DNA of 62,223 bases from a virus. Its lineage: Duplodnaviria > Caudoviricetes. The stretch lies in the IMG/VR virus record IMGVR_UViG_3300014720_000037, positions 1 through 62,223 of that record; one strand, given 5' to 3'. The notes under the pieces were generated by a model. It searched no databases. It saw only the letters and a program-made list of their open reading frames with translations, and was not told where the DNA came from. The position numbers were made by a program, and so were the translations under genes. This document shows positions 11,102 through 21,767 of the stretch, piece by piece (the first letter of the stretch is position 1; the number at the start of each line of letters is the position of its first letter).

Positions 11102-12396
11102 AGCAAGTTTATTGTTAATCCAATCTATATTTTTTTTTGAAATTTATTGTATTTTTATTTAAAACATTGATATAATAACAGAGTACAATACAAAACGTTT
11201 ATTATGTTTGCTATTAAAAGAGCTTTAAAACTAAATAATAAAGAAGCAACTTTAATGGCAAAACACGCTGGTTACAGACGTATTGTTTATAATCTAGGTT
11301 TGAGTCTTAGACAGCAACTTTATGGAGTTGTAAAAATTTCTGACAGTAAAGCTATTAGTGAAATCAAAAAGATTTTAACCAATCACATCAAAAAGCGTCC
11401 TGAGAATGCGTGGATGAATGAACTCTCTAGTAGGGTTTATCAAAATGCTTTAAGGGATCTTAATGATGCTTTTATTAGATTCCGCAAAGGCTTAGCTAAA
11501 CATCCTACTTTTGCTAGTCGTAAAGATGGTCAATCTTTTACTGTTGATAACTGTAATGGAAAATCAGTTTTAGTGATTGGAAACAAAATTAAAATCCCAA
11601 CACTAGGGACTTTTAGACTTCATGAACCTCTAGAAGAGAGATATGTCACACAAACATTTAATCTTACAAAGGAAGGTAATAACTGGTTTGTAAGTTTCTG
11701 TGTTGATGCTGATAGATTGCCTGTAAATCAACCACAAGAAGCGGTAGGCATAGACTTAGGTATTAAAACCTTTGCAACTTTATCTAATGGTGAAACTTTT
11801 GATGCTCCTAAACCTTTTAAGCAAGTGAAAACCAAGCTTGCTAAATTACAAAGAAAAGCAGCAAAACAAGTTAAAAGGTCTAATAATCAACGCAAAACTT
11901 ATGACAAAATCAGAGGCTTACATTACAGAATTAGCTGTATGCGTAAAGATTTTCTTCATAAGTTAACTACTTACATTGCCAAAACATTCAAGTTAATCAA
12001 GATTGAAGATTTAAATGTAGCGGGAATGCTTGCTAATAATAAATTAGCTGGTGCTATTGCTGATTTAGGATTCTTTGAATTTAGAAGACAATTAGAATAT
12101 AAATCTTTAATGTACGGCTCTAAAGTTGAAGTTGTATCTCAATGGTTTGCATCTTCTAAGATATGTTCTAGTTGTGGACATAAACAAGATATGCCACTTA
12201 ATGTGAGAATATATAACTGTCCTGTGTGCAAATTATCTATTGATAGAGATTTAAACGCAGCAATCAACATTTTAAATTATGAACCCTTGGCTTAAGGGAG
12301 ATAGCCTACTAATTCTACAGATAGCCGTCTACTGTACAGCGTAGGAAGAAATCACTAACTAACTTTGATTAGATTTAGGTAAGTATTTTGAAGCAG
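11102..12396 (+). mobile_element. TnpB-only insertion element (IS200/IS605/IS607 group); boundaries tentative
   Basis: Contains tnpB and no transposase. About 100 nt of non-coding 3' region ends in GAAGCAG. Removing the element restores a reading frame at a G|G junction. Confidence 0.65.
11204..12295 (+). CDS. tnpB: RNA-guided endonuclease TnpB
   Basis: N-terminal HTH, RuvC-I VGIDLG, RuvC-II KIEDL, Zn finger CSSC...CPVC and RuvC-III DRDLNAAINI. Confidence 0.95.
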   Translation: MFAIKRALKLNNKEATLMAKHAGYRRIVYNLGLSLRQQLYGVVKISDSKAISEIKKILTNHIKKRPENAWMNELSSRVYQNALRDLNDAFIRFRKGLAKHPTFASRKDGQSFTVDNCNGKSVLVIGNKIKIPTLGTFRLHEPLEERYVTQTFNLTKEGNNWFVSFCVDADRLPVNQPQEAVGIDLGIKTFATLSNGETFDAPKPFKQVKTKLAKLQRKAAKQVKRSNNQRKTYDKIRGLHYRISCMRKDFLHKLTTYIAKTFKLIKIEDLNVAGMLANNKLAGAIADLGFFEFRRQLEYKSLMYGSKVEVVSQWFASSKICSSCGHKQDMPLNVRIYNCPVCKLSIDRDLNAAINILNYEPLA

Positions 12397-12555
12397 GGAG
12401 TTAACAGAGAGTTAATAGTAGCAGCAGCTTATAAAGGAGATATTAGATGGTCATATGCACCCGCCACATTAGAACAAGCTGTAGGCTATTTAAAGTGCCA
12501 ATATCAATATGATCCTTTATATGAGAGTGATAGAGAGCTATTCTTTAATAGTTAG

Positions 12556-12875
12556 TTGTATAAACACATTTCTAATAGGTATAAGGCCTTTTTATAATTA
12601 ATAAATCTCCTTTCCTCACATCTTTTAGTCATACGCTCTATAACAAATAAAAGATCATCTCTATTACAACAACAATATATTATTTCATCTCAAGATACAC
12701 CACTTATATTATAAGGATAAGAAGATGAGATCTCATACTTCTCACAAATATCAAGATCAATATAAATATAACGACTCTTAGCTATATAAGTAAATTTTGC
12801 TAATGATTTAAAGTTAGTACTATCAACTATTGCATAACAAATTGTATATCTATACTTAAACTTAATAAGCTGCAT
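12556..12875 (-). pseudogene. Degenerate LLxMAIY-family paralogue
   Basis: The frame continues past an in-frame TGA (...NRDDLLFV...) and, after a frameshift, ends YLLEMCLYN*. Confidence 0.5.
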
Positions 12876-12946
12876 ATTAATCCTACAAACACCTTACTAT
12901 AAAACATATTATTACTCATATAAACATACACACATATACAAACAAG

Positions 12947-13192
12947 ATGGCAGCTAAGAAACAAGTATCATTTAGGAAAGAACATAAGAATCCTAATGGT
13001 GGACTTAATGATAAGGGTAGGGCATATGCTAAGTCTAAAGGCATGGATCTAAAAAGACCACAACCAGAAGGTGGGCCTAGAAGAGATAGCTATTGCGCCC
13101 GTAGTCTTGGACAGATGAAGAGTAATTCAATAGACTGCTCAAAAACTCCAGATAAACGCATTTGTTTAGCTAGGAAAAAATGGAACTGCTAG
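12947..13192 (+). CDS. Small basic conserved phage protein (DUF6321-like)
   Basis: KNPNGGLNDKGR...RRDSYCARS...ARKKWNC pattern. Confidence 0.65.
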   Translation: MAAKKQVSFRKEHKNPNGGLNDKGRAYAKSKGMDLKRPQPEGGPRRDSYCARSLGQMKSNSIDCSKTPDKRICLARKKWNC

Positions 13193-13276
13193 ATCAAAAG
13201 ATCAAATAAAATCAAACAAAGAATAAAATGTGTTATTATAATATATAAATAACACATTTTTTTATTTAATAAAACT

Positions 13277-14251
13277 ATGAGATCTAAAAGAGAAAAGAAA
13301 AAAGGTATATATAAAATAATAAACATTATAAATAATAAATATTATGTAGGGTCTACATTAGATTTATACCAGAGAAAAACAACTCATTTTAGAAAATTAA
13401 GAATAAACAAACATCATTGTATACATTTACAAAATGCTTGGAACAAGTATGGAGAAGAAAACTTTAAATTTGAAATTATTGAAGAATTAAATAATCTAAG
13501 CTTAGAAGAAATTAGAGATATAGAACAAAAATATATAAACAATGATTTTAATAATCAATACAACATAAGAAAGGACGTAAAATGCCCAAATAAAAATTCA
13601 CAAGAAACTAAAACTAGAAACGTTATATCCAGAAGAAAAACAAAATCTAATAAAACAATATACCCTGGGATAAAATGTCAAAACAATTTATATAGGGTTT
13701 GTATACAAATATGGGGAATAAGAATTTCATTAGGTTCTTATAAAACATTAGAAGAAGCAATAAAAGTTAGAAAAGAAACAGAAGAATACTTTTGGCATGA
13801 TTCAATTGATTGGTTATCTACGGAATTAAAGCAAATAATAATCAATCAATACATAACTGCTTTTAACAATAATAAACCCCATTTTGAAATTAAGAAATCT
13901 AATAGTAAATACTATAGGAAAAAGAATAATTTATTTCAGGTTTATTATACTTTAAATAAAAAGACATTATTTTTTAGTACTCATATAAAAGAAGAAGATG
14001 CTAAAAAAGAAGTTGATTATATAAAAAGTCTAAGTTCAAATGAATTAATAAATTACAATCAAATATGTAGAAATAATATAAGAAAAAGGCCTAAAGAATC
14101 AAAGAATTATTATTATGATAAACGTAGAAATAAATATTCAGTTTATATAATAGTAAATAAAAAGACATACTATTATGGTTATTTTGATAATGAAGAAGAA
14201 GCAATTAAAATAGCAAACAAAGCTAAACAAGAACTAAATATACCAATATAG
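13277..14251 (+). CDS. Free-standing GIY-YIG homing endonuclease with AP2-like C-terminal repeats
   Basis: GIYKIINIINNKYYVGS, HLQNAWNKYGEENFKFEIIE, GSYKTLEEA and GYFDNEEEA. Confidence 0.9.
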   Translation: MRSKREKKKGIYKIINIINNKYYVGSTLDLYQRKTTHFRKLRINKHHCIHLQNAWNKYGEENFKFEIIEELNNLSLEEIRDIEQKYINNDFNNQYNIRKDVKCPNKNSQETKTRNVISRRKTKSNKTIYPGIKCQNNLYRVCIQIWGIRISLGSYKTLEEAIKVRKETEEYFWHDSIDWLSTELKQIIINQYITAFNNNKPHFEIKKSNSKYYRKKNNLFQVYYTLNKKTLFFSTHIKEEDAKKEVDYIKSLSSNELINYNQICRNNIRKRPKESKNYYYDKRRNKYSVYIIVNKKTYYYGYFDNEEEAIKIANKAKQELNIPI

Positions 14252-14309
14252 ATTGTTCAAAGACACCAGATAAACGTATTTGTCTAGCTAGAAAGAAGTG
14301 GAATTGTTA
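14251..14309 (+). repeat. Orphan synonymous duplicate of the 3' end of gene 12947-13192
   Basis: Encodes DCSKTPDKRICLARKKWNC*, the same peptide as 13133-13192, with different codons. Confidence 0.9.
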
Positions 14310-14777
14310 ATTATATAAACACATTTCTAATAGATTACAAATAGTAGCAGCATAATTATGCATACTATTTTTATCTATATAGACTTTTATATCTTTAATA
14401 ACTACAATAAGGTCCTCTCTAGAAAGACACCATGCAGTATTCATCCATTTATTTATATAAGCATTATGTAGTTTAATAGTTTTAATAGATGAATCAATAT
14501 CAATATTATTATGTTTATGTTCTAGTAATTTTAAACCATCTGATAAAGATTTATTACTTTTTATCCAAGTACGTCTATCAAAGTGTCCAGTATGTTTTAA
14601 TTTAGGGTATAACATATTAAACAATACATCATCTAATACAACTTCAATTGATGAGTATGATGAAATATAAAATAAGGAAATTGTTGTTAATGAATATCCT
14701 TTTTCAGCATCTGAATCAGTTATTATTAACATAATACTATTTAGACCTACATGTTTATACTTAATATATACATTCAT
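14307..14777 (-). CDS. LLxMAIY-family paralogue
   Basis: LSREDLI...LLEMCLYN. Confidence 0.7.
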   Translation of the reverse strand: MNVYIKYKHVGLNSIMLIITDSDAEKGYSLTTISLFYISSYSSIEVVLDDVLFNMLYPKLKHTGHFDRRTWIKSNKSLSDGLKLLEHKHNNIDIDSSIKTIKLHNAYINKWMNTAWCLSREDLIVVIKDIKVYIDKNSMHNYAATICNLLEMCLYN

Positions 14778-14803
14778 TTATTTATACATATCTACTTATA
14801 ATA

Positions 14804-14855
14804 TAAACACAGTTAATGGTTGATTAAACAAATAGTCAACCATTAACTGTGTTTA
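14804..14855. terminator. Long hairpin (20-bp arms), probable terminator after the VWA gene
   Basis: TAAACACAGTTAATGGTTGA / TCAACCATTAACTGTGTTTA. Confidence 0.6.
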
Positions 14856-14859
14856 ATAT

Positions 14860-16203
14860 CTAATCTATTAACAATATCTCACCAAACTCAACATCTCTAC
14901 TACTATGTTGTTCCTTTGGCACCACCCATACAGTAGGCACTTTACCCCTAATATTATATGGTTCTAATGACTTATCAACTTGTTCTAACCATAAGTCTGT
15001 CAACACAATAACCATGCATATATTATTAGTATTAACATCTATATCATCATAAGCATCAGAGTCTTTAAACCCTTCAAGAAATGATTGAAATAGAGGTATA
15101 ACATCAGTACCACCACCACCTTTCAAGTACTTATCTTTATCATCTAATATGTAACTACCTAAGTCCTTATCAATACTAGACATGTCAAACATAAAAGCAC
15201 TAATAGGGCCAACGTCAAATGTAATTAGTAGAAGATTACCAACCGCCTTTGCAATTGATGTTATCTGATCTAAGAAGCGCCCCAACAATGTATCATCACA
15301 GAATATAGAACCACTTAGATCTAGATACAAAGCAACAGTATCAGGCACTGGTTTAGGCTTATAGTTATACTCAATAGCACATCTGTTAAAAGGTGCCAAT
15401 CCCATCTCATAGGGATAGAAGTTTGGCTCCACAATGGAGTTATAATCAACATAACATTGACTACTAGTTGTTATAAGAGCTAACTGTTTAAGTCTATCCT
15501 CCCATGAAAGATCATTAGACTTAACAATAACCACATCATCCTTGACAATAGAAGCACTTAGCTTACCAATCTCCTTATCACTATTCTTAAGGATATTAAT
15601 AGCCTTAGCCTTTACCTCTTTAATAACCTCAGATCTATCTTCTGTCTCATCAAATATAAGATCACCGTCAAAGTCTCCAATGTATTTAACAGTTATAAGA
15701 TCATTATTAAGCACATATGTTAATAACTCTTCTTCTGTCCAATTATGATTAACTCTTGGATGATCTTTACCCAATAACTTATCTAATGTAACACAGGGTA
15801 AGCTGCCAGAAGTATAACCAGCATCAATTAGACTTTTATTAATAATCGCATCTAATACAATATTAATAATATCTTTTAGAACATATGCTTTATCTTTATA
15901 CTGTTCATAGAGAGCATTTTTATAAAAACCAAAGCGCCAACAATGATTAAGATATATATGATATATCTCATGTAGAACAACAAACAGTAACTCATTTAAA
16001 CAACCCTCTTGTTTTACCTTATCAATAAAGGATTGTTGTATCATAATACTCTTAGATGATGCGGCTGCTATTGGAAATCCTTTAAAAGAACCCACCTTAA
16101 TAGTTATTGCGGATAACAAATAACCAAAGAAGGGTTCTTTATTAGATACCAAAGTAGCAATAGTCATAGGATTTAATTCTATGAACAATTTACTTTTAGT
16201 CAT
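14860..16203 (-). CDS. DUF2201-like metallopeptidase-VWA protein
   Basis: HEIYH zincin motif; MIDAS-like DLSGS, GGGTD and LTD. Confidence 0.8.
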   Translation of the reverse strand: MTKSKLFIELNPMTIATLVSNKEPFFGYLLSAITIKVGSFKGFPIAAASSKSIMIQQSFIDKVKQEGCLNELLFVVLHEIYHIYLNHCWRFGFYKNALYEQYKDKAYVLKDIINIVLDAIINKSLIDAGYTSGSLPCVTLDKLLGKDHPRVNHNWTEEELLTYVLNNDLITVKYIGDFDGDLIFDETEDRSEVIKEVKAKAINILKNSDKEIGKLSASIVKDDVVIVKSNDLSWEDRLKQLALITTSSQCYVDYNSIVEPNFYPYEMGLAPFNRCAIEYNYKPKPVPDTVALYLDLSGSIFCDDTLLGRFLDQITSIAKAVGNLLLITFDVGPISAFMFDMSSIDKDLGSYILDDKDKYLKGGGGTDVIPLFQSFLEGFKDSDAYDDIDVNTNNICMVIVLTDLWLEQVDKSLEPYNIRGKVPTVWVVPKEQHSSRDVEFGEILLID

Positions 16204-16220
16204 TAAAATACACTCTTAAC

Positions 16221-17507
16221 TTATTTTAAACTAGTTGTAATAGCTAATTTTACACTGTGTTTATTAAATAAATATTGTTTGTATACCTCCTTATTAACTA
16301 AGAAGTGAACAATTTTATCAAACTGACTAAATCTATTTTGATCGCTAATAAGATCAATAATATTAGTAACAATAACACTAGCGTTAATACCACTACCAAA
16401 GTTTGTACTATATAACTTACTTAATACATCCAACAATAGATCTAAGGGAGAATATACATATACAACTTCACCCTTTTTATCAGTTGTAGTTTCAACATTA
16501 TTAGACTCAACTAGCTTAGTAAGATTATTAGTTTCTTCTACAATCTTTTGATAAAGAGTAAAAGATATACTACTAATAGCTTCAATGTCAGCCGTAATAA
16601 TGTCACTATAATCATATTTACTATCTAACTTAGCAATTAGCTCTTTAACAGAGGGTATATTTAATGTTGTCTTTAAAGATTTAATAAATAAAGGGGCCAA
16701 AGCAGATCCAATTAAACCTGCAACACCAACCTCTCTAAAAATATTAATTCTACTCTCATCTAATACATTATAATTGGCCTTGTATAAAATATCAGATACT
16801 CCCTTCCAAGTTCTAGGACAAGGATGAACAACAGAGAACGATGCATCCTTAGCACCATATCCAATAACATCACTAGGAACATTATTAGCTTTTAAAAACT
16901 CAATGTCATCACTAATAGCCCATAGTCTATCACCTAAGAATGCTCTTACAGATGGATGCAGATTACCATCCGCATAACTTAGAAACTCAGTTGCATCTAA
17001 ATCAACCTGAACAACAGAACATCTGCTTAGAATAGGACTACTAATACTATGAACATTAGCATTATCTTGTTGTCTATTTGTAGCACCAACTATTAGAAAC
17101 TTACTAGTAGGTAAATCATAATTTCCTAGCTTTCTATCACCTAATATCTGTTGTAAGATATTCATTTCTTGTGGCAAAGCATTAGCAAAATCATCTAAGA
17201 ACAGTAAACATTTATTATTAGAGCTAATAGCCTTTGCATACCACTCAGCAGGATAGTGAATTGAGCATCTATCTTCTGGCTGAATAAAGTCAACACCATA
17301 AATATTATTCTTAGTGATTAGACCACCAGTAAAGACATAAACATCATAGTTATTATCTCTAGCATATTGATATATTGATGCTGACTTACCAATTCCTGGG
17401 GCACCTTGTAACATCAATGTTCTATCAGTTAAACTGATTAGATCAATAGCTTCATAGATCTTTCCAACTGTAATTCTTCCGCCATTAAAATTTGCTAACT
17501 TACTCAT
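16221..17507 (-). CDS. MoxR-like AAA+ ATPase
   Basis: Walker A GAPGIGKS, Walker B LLFLDD, ATNR and CPRTW. Adjacent to the VWA gene. Confidence 0.85.
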   Translation of the reverse strand: MSKLANFNGGRITVGKIYEAIDLISLTDRTLMLQGAPGIGKSASIYQYARDNNYDVYVFTGGLITKNNIYGVDFIQPEDRCSIHYPAEWYAKAISSNNKCLLFLDDFANALPQEMNILQQILGDRKLGNYDLPTSKFLIVGATNRQQDNANVHSISSPILSRCSVVQVDLDATEFLSYADGNLHPSVRAFLGDRLWAISDDIEFLKANNVPSDVIGYGAKDASFSVVHPCPRTWKGVSDILYKANYNVLDESRINIFREVGVAGLIGSALAPLFIKSLKTTLNIPSVKELIAKLDSKYDYSDIITADIEAISSISFTLYQKIVEETNNLTKLVESNNVETTTDKKGEVVYVYSPLDLLLDVLSKLYSTNFGSGINASVIVTNIIDLISDQNRFSQFDKIVHFLVNKEVYKQYLFNKHSVKLAITTSLK

Positions 17508-18724
17508 ACAAATTATTATTTATCCTATTATTAATTAATTATTAAGCAGTTACTAATCTGCTCATTTGCATCATACACAATTAAATCTAAGTAGTTAACT
17601 AGTTTAAATATGTTATACAAAGATCTATATCCTCTTAACTTCCAACTATCAAACTCATAATATATAAATCTATCTAGCTTAATATCATTAATATCAAGAT
17701 CAAACATTATTAACAACTCAAACAATATCTCATCTTTAATATAATTCTTATCAGGTAGATTGTAATTCATTAAGGTGTAATAGAACTTAGGATATCTAAT
17801 AACTCTACCAATTATATCTAAGCCAATTAAAGATACCTCTTCATTTGTTTTTGGGGATTTATCTTTCAACTGATTGTTATAAGTAATACAAGCAGAGTTA
17901 AACAAAAATAACTCTTTTATTCTAAGATCTAGACTTATTCGTTTACCCTCTAATGTATTGAGATTAATAGCCTCTGATATGTCATAATGCCTTCTAATTA
18001 TATATTTGTAATTACTGTCTAACTCAACATATTGACCACCTACAATTCTTAGACATTCTTCTTGAAAGACATTTATATACATATTTAAATAACAAGAGCT
18101 GTTGTTCTAGCCTTAATATGCTCAGGTATTCTAACAATATCTTTACTAAGGATATCAAGGGCCTGCTCAATATCAATCTTTTTAGTATTTCTGCTATCTT
18201 CAGTCCACAAGTGAGTGCCACTACTACTAACACTAATAATAGTGTCACTTAGCATTGGAAAATAGAAACATTCAACAAGTTTCCCCTCCTTACTTCTTTT
18301 ATTTACATCATAGCCCTTAGTAGTATAACTAAGCTCTAACGTATATTCTGCACTCTTATAAATTAAATTATTAAATCTATGATCATCAAATGTCATACAT
18401 TCAATATCATTAGACTCCATATCCCCTTTTAAAACTGGCAGTTCAATATACAAAGATACTCTCTTTTTATTAATCTTGTCAGTGTTAGTATTATTTGCGG
18501 GTAAATTGTAATGAATTAAATCTGACCCAACAAATCTATTAACTGCAAAATGAATTGTAACTGTATTTGTTTCTTTATTTTTCTTCCATGATGTAAACAC
18601 ACCACAAGTAAATGTTGACATAATTACCATTAGACTACTGATTTGTACCTTAACTTACACACTTAAAGTAACTGTATATACTTTATATTAAACTTTATAA
18701 TCCTACTTATACGTTACAAATATA

Positions 18725-19448
18725 TGGCTTCTAAAAAAGATATCACAATTACCTGCTGCAACTACTGTTACAAACGCTTCATTGTTGCTAGTAGTAACCA
18801 ATGGTGTTACAGAAAAGGTTGCAATATCTCAACTTCCAACAGGTATAACATCAGTTAATAATCTTGGCGGGGGGTACTACTCTAGGAGCAGTACAAGGTG
18901 TTGAGTTACAACTAAAAACTATAATACCTGGTACTGGTTTGTCTTTTACAACAACTAGTAACACTATAACAATTAATAGCAATTTAAATGCCACTAGTGT
19001 TGGATCTGGGGTATCAATAATAAACACTTTTAGTAATCCTAATATAGCTTTTAAATCTATAACAGGTAGTAATGGTATAGCAATTACTAACAATACAACA
19101 AGTATTAACATTGCAAATTCAATTAACACAGCCCTTGATTCAATTATTGGTTTAATAGAATTACCTCAACAAAAACAATATAAACTAGATCCTTATGTTA
19201 ATAAAGGTTTTACTATCAACAACCTATATTTAATAGCTACTAGTGGTACTGCTGTTGTTAGACTAAAAGTACAAGACCCTGCTAATATTGACATTGCAAA
19301 CACCTCAAATTTTAATGTCACTAATACTAGAACTCAAAACATTATTAATGGTATAACTCTAACAGTTGGACAACAATTGATACTAGAAGTTATCACAGTA
19401 AATACATGTTTAGATCTATCATTTACAATAGATCTAAACTATACTTAA
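18725..19448 (+). CDS. Putative virion/tail protein, apparently split by two homopolymer insertions
   Basis: Removing one A from the A6 run (about 18733) and one G from the G6 run (about 18869) gives MASKKISQLPAATTV...NNLGGGTTLG..., continuous with ORF 18864-19448. Confidence 0.6.
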
Positions 19449-19894
19449 TAATTAATAAGATCTATTCTTTTAGGGAACCATTTGTCAAAATGATCTAAGA
19501 TCTCTGTAAAAACATAATCATAGACATTACAATTAGATAAGTCTATTACTATTTTATTATTAATAGACTTATCCAAACATTCTAATATCACATGTGATAA
19601 CTCACAATAATCAGAGTTGTTATTTAAAAACTTACCAAGATTAATTATTTTAGTCATGTTATACCAAATGAATTAGCAAAAGCATATATATCTGTACTAA
19701 CTTGTTTTTCAACATCTCTAATAGCATTAGAGATATTTATAACAATAAGCTCTTTATGAGTTATATCATCATATGAGCCATCATCAAATCTAACCACAGC
19801 TTTTTCTTTATCTGTATATATAACTTCTCCAATATTAAGATAAGGATAAGTATGTAGATTATCATTAAGCTTTAAAATTGCAACTGCAACCTTA

Positions 19895-20245
19895 TCATGT
19901 TGTTTTATTAGTCTTCCTAGTTTGTCTCTCATAATTAAACACCTCCTTAGTCACATTAAAGTATTTGCACAAAGTATTCATATTAGATGTAAGACTATTA
20001 CAGCCATTAATCATCTCTGATAGTTGTCTTGATTTAATACCAAGATCAGATGCTATATCATCTCTCTTCTTACCACTCATCTTAACTAACAACTCAAGAG
20101 CAATAGCGCCCCTTCTTTGTCTCCAATGAGTAATAATAGACTCAGCTAACACCATATCGTGTAAGGATAAGGTGCCACTCCCATATAACTTCTTTAACTG
20201 TTTAAATTGGGTCAATGTTTGTGGGTATATAATTGTATTGTTCAT
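19895..20245 (-). CDS. XRE-like HTH protein
   Basis: KRDDIASDLGIKSRQLSEMING. Confidence 0.5.
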   Translation of the reverse strand: MNNTIIYPQTLTQFKQLKKLYGSGTLSLHDMVLAESIITHWRQRRGAIALELLVKMSGKKRDDIASDLGIKSRQLSEMINGCNSLTSNMNTLCKYFNVTKEVFNYERQTRKTNKTT

Positions 20246-20300
20246 TGTCTTTATATTGTAATAGTTTTACTAATTAATATACAAACTTAAAAGTTTAGAC

Positions 20301-21392
20301 CTATTCTTGATATATAGCAAGTTGTAATAGAGCTTTTATATAATCATCACACTTAATGGTATGTGGATATCTCACACCATGACTATTAACCTCAGATAAA
20401 AGATTAAGCAATTCTATTCTTGATAGTGGTGTCCTATTTAAATGAGTAGTAACAGATTGATTAAAACTCGTAATTAGATCCATATTATAAAAGCTAGCAA
20501 CATGCTCACATATCCTAAAATGGAACTTTCCAATATAAATATCAATAATATTTCTTTTATTAGAAAGACATTTCCCATTTAAACATTTAAACTTTATAAA
20601 GACAATGTCATCTTTCATATAGACTTCAAGCTTTCTACTCATAAAGCAAATATCATTGTATTTAATATGGAAATAGATGTGTTTAATCTTTTTTTGTCCA
20701 AAGGATTTTGGCTAATAGATTCTTGATTAACTAATAATGCAATAATGTTTATTAGACTAGATCTATCTATAACCTCCTTATAAAATTTAAAGTTATTTAT
20801 TATACTAATCTTTCCAAGCCAATGATCTGATGTCGGTTCAAACAATATAAATCTATAAGCTATGTTATCAATTATTAGTCTCTCAACAAAATAATATCCA
20901 TACATACTATGTAAATCTATATTAAAGTGTGGAGGGCATAGAATATACACAGTATATGGTGTTATTGTATAATAGCCTCCTTCAAACATGTCTCTTCTAT
21001 AAAGTTTATAATCAATCATAAAAACCACATTATCAGATATCAAAGTAATACAACTTGTATAAAAGATCCTACATAAACATATTAAGTATTACCAAATTAA
21101 TTTGTTCCATAACAGAAGGTTCAATGTTGCCACTTATTCTTTGAATAAACTCTATTGTTTGAGACCTATTAAGGATCTCATAGAGACTAATATTAGGCTT
21201 TACATTAGTAAAATCAACGTCAGATATAATCTGATCAAATAAGAACTTATAACTCCTATCACTACAAACAGTTATAGTCTTAACCCCCAAGTTAAACTCT
21301 TTTAAATTGTTATTATTAATATGGAGAAAATACAAATAACCTTCTGCACTAAATATTTTTCTCCTAATCATTAGATAGTCAACATTTAGCAT
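20301..21392 (-). CDS. Three LLxMAIY-family paralogues (20301-20642, 20639-21043, 21069-21392)
   Basis: LSRIELL..LLQLAIY, IDRSSLI..ILNTMIF and LNRSQTI..ILNMFM. Confidence 0.6.
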
Positions 21393-21709
21393 GTCTTTTT
21401 AGCTATAGCCCTTTTAGTATTATACAAGTTACCTCTGTGAATACCATCAATATACAACTGTTCTAATAGTAATAACGCATCCTTTTTAATATTCTTAGGA
21501 GCCACTTCTAATATGCTAAATTTAAAAGATGTATAACCATACTTATTAAAGTCTGCTTGTAGTTCTTTATTACTATGCTTATTAAATATTAAAGATGTTA
21601 GATGACTGTTCCACCTAACAAATATGTCAATCGAGCTGCCAATATACTTCTTGTTATTAGTAGTACATTCAATGCAGTAAATACCAACTAAACCTAATCT
21701 TCTATTCAC
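21386..21709 (-). CDS. Single-domain GIY-YIG nuclease
   Basis: GIYCIECTTNNKKYIGSS..RWNSH..FKFSILE..LEQ. Confidence 0.85.
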   Translation of the reverse strand: MNRRLGLVGIYCIECTTNNKKYIGSSIDIFVRWNSHLTSLIFNKHSNKELQADFNKYGYTSFKFSILEVAPKNIKKDALLLLEQLYIDGIHRGNLYNTKRAIAKKTC

Positions 21710-21767
21710 AATATAAGTAATCTGATATATGTTTAAGTATTAATATAACAGATTAAATAAATATGTA

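Larger units (their letters stand above)
10901..12555 (+). pseudogene. HTH-containing gene interrupted by the TnpB element (parts 10901-11101 and 12397-12555)
   Basis: Joining TTG(11101) to GGA(12397) gives a continuous 119-aa ORF (...SCYRL|GVNRELIV...FFNS*). The N-part has an HTH-like DLASTYNVDVKTVRKHL. Confidence 0.5.
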
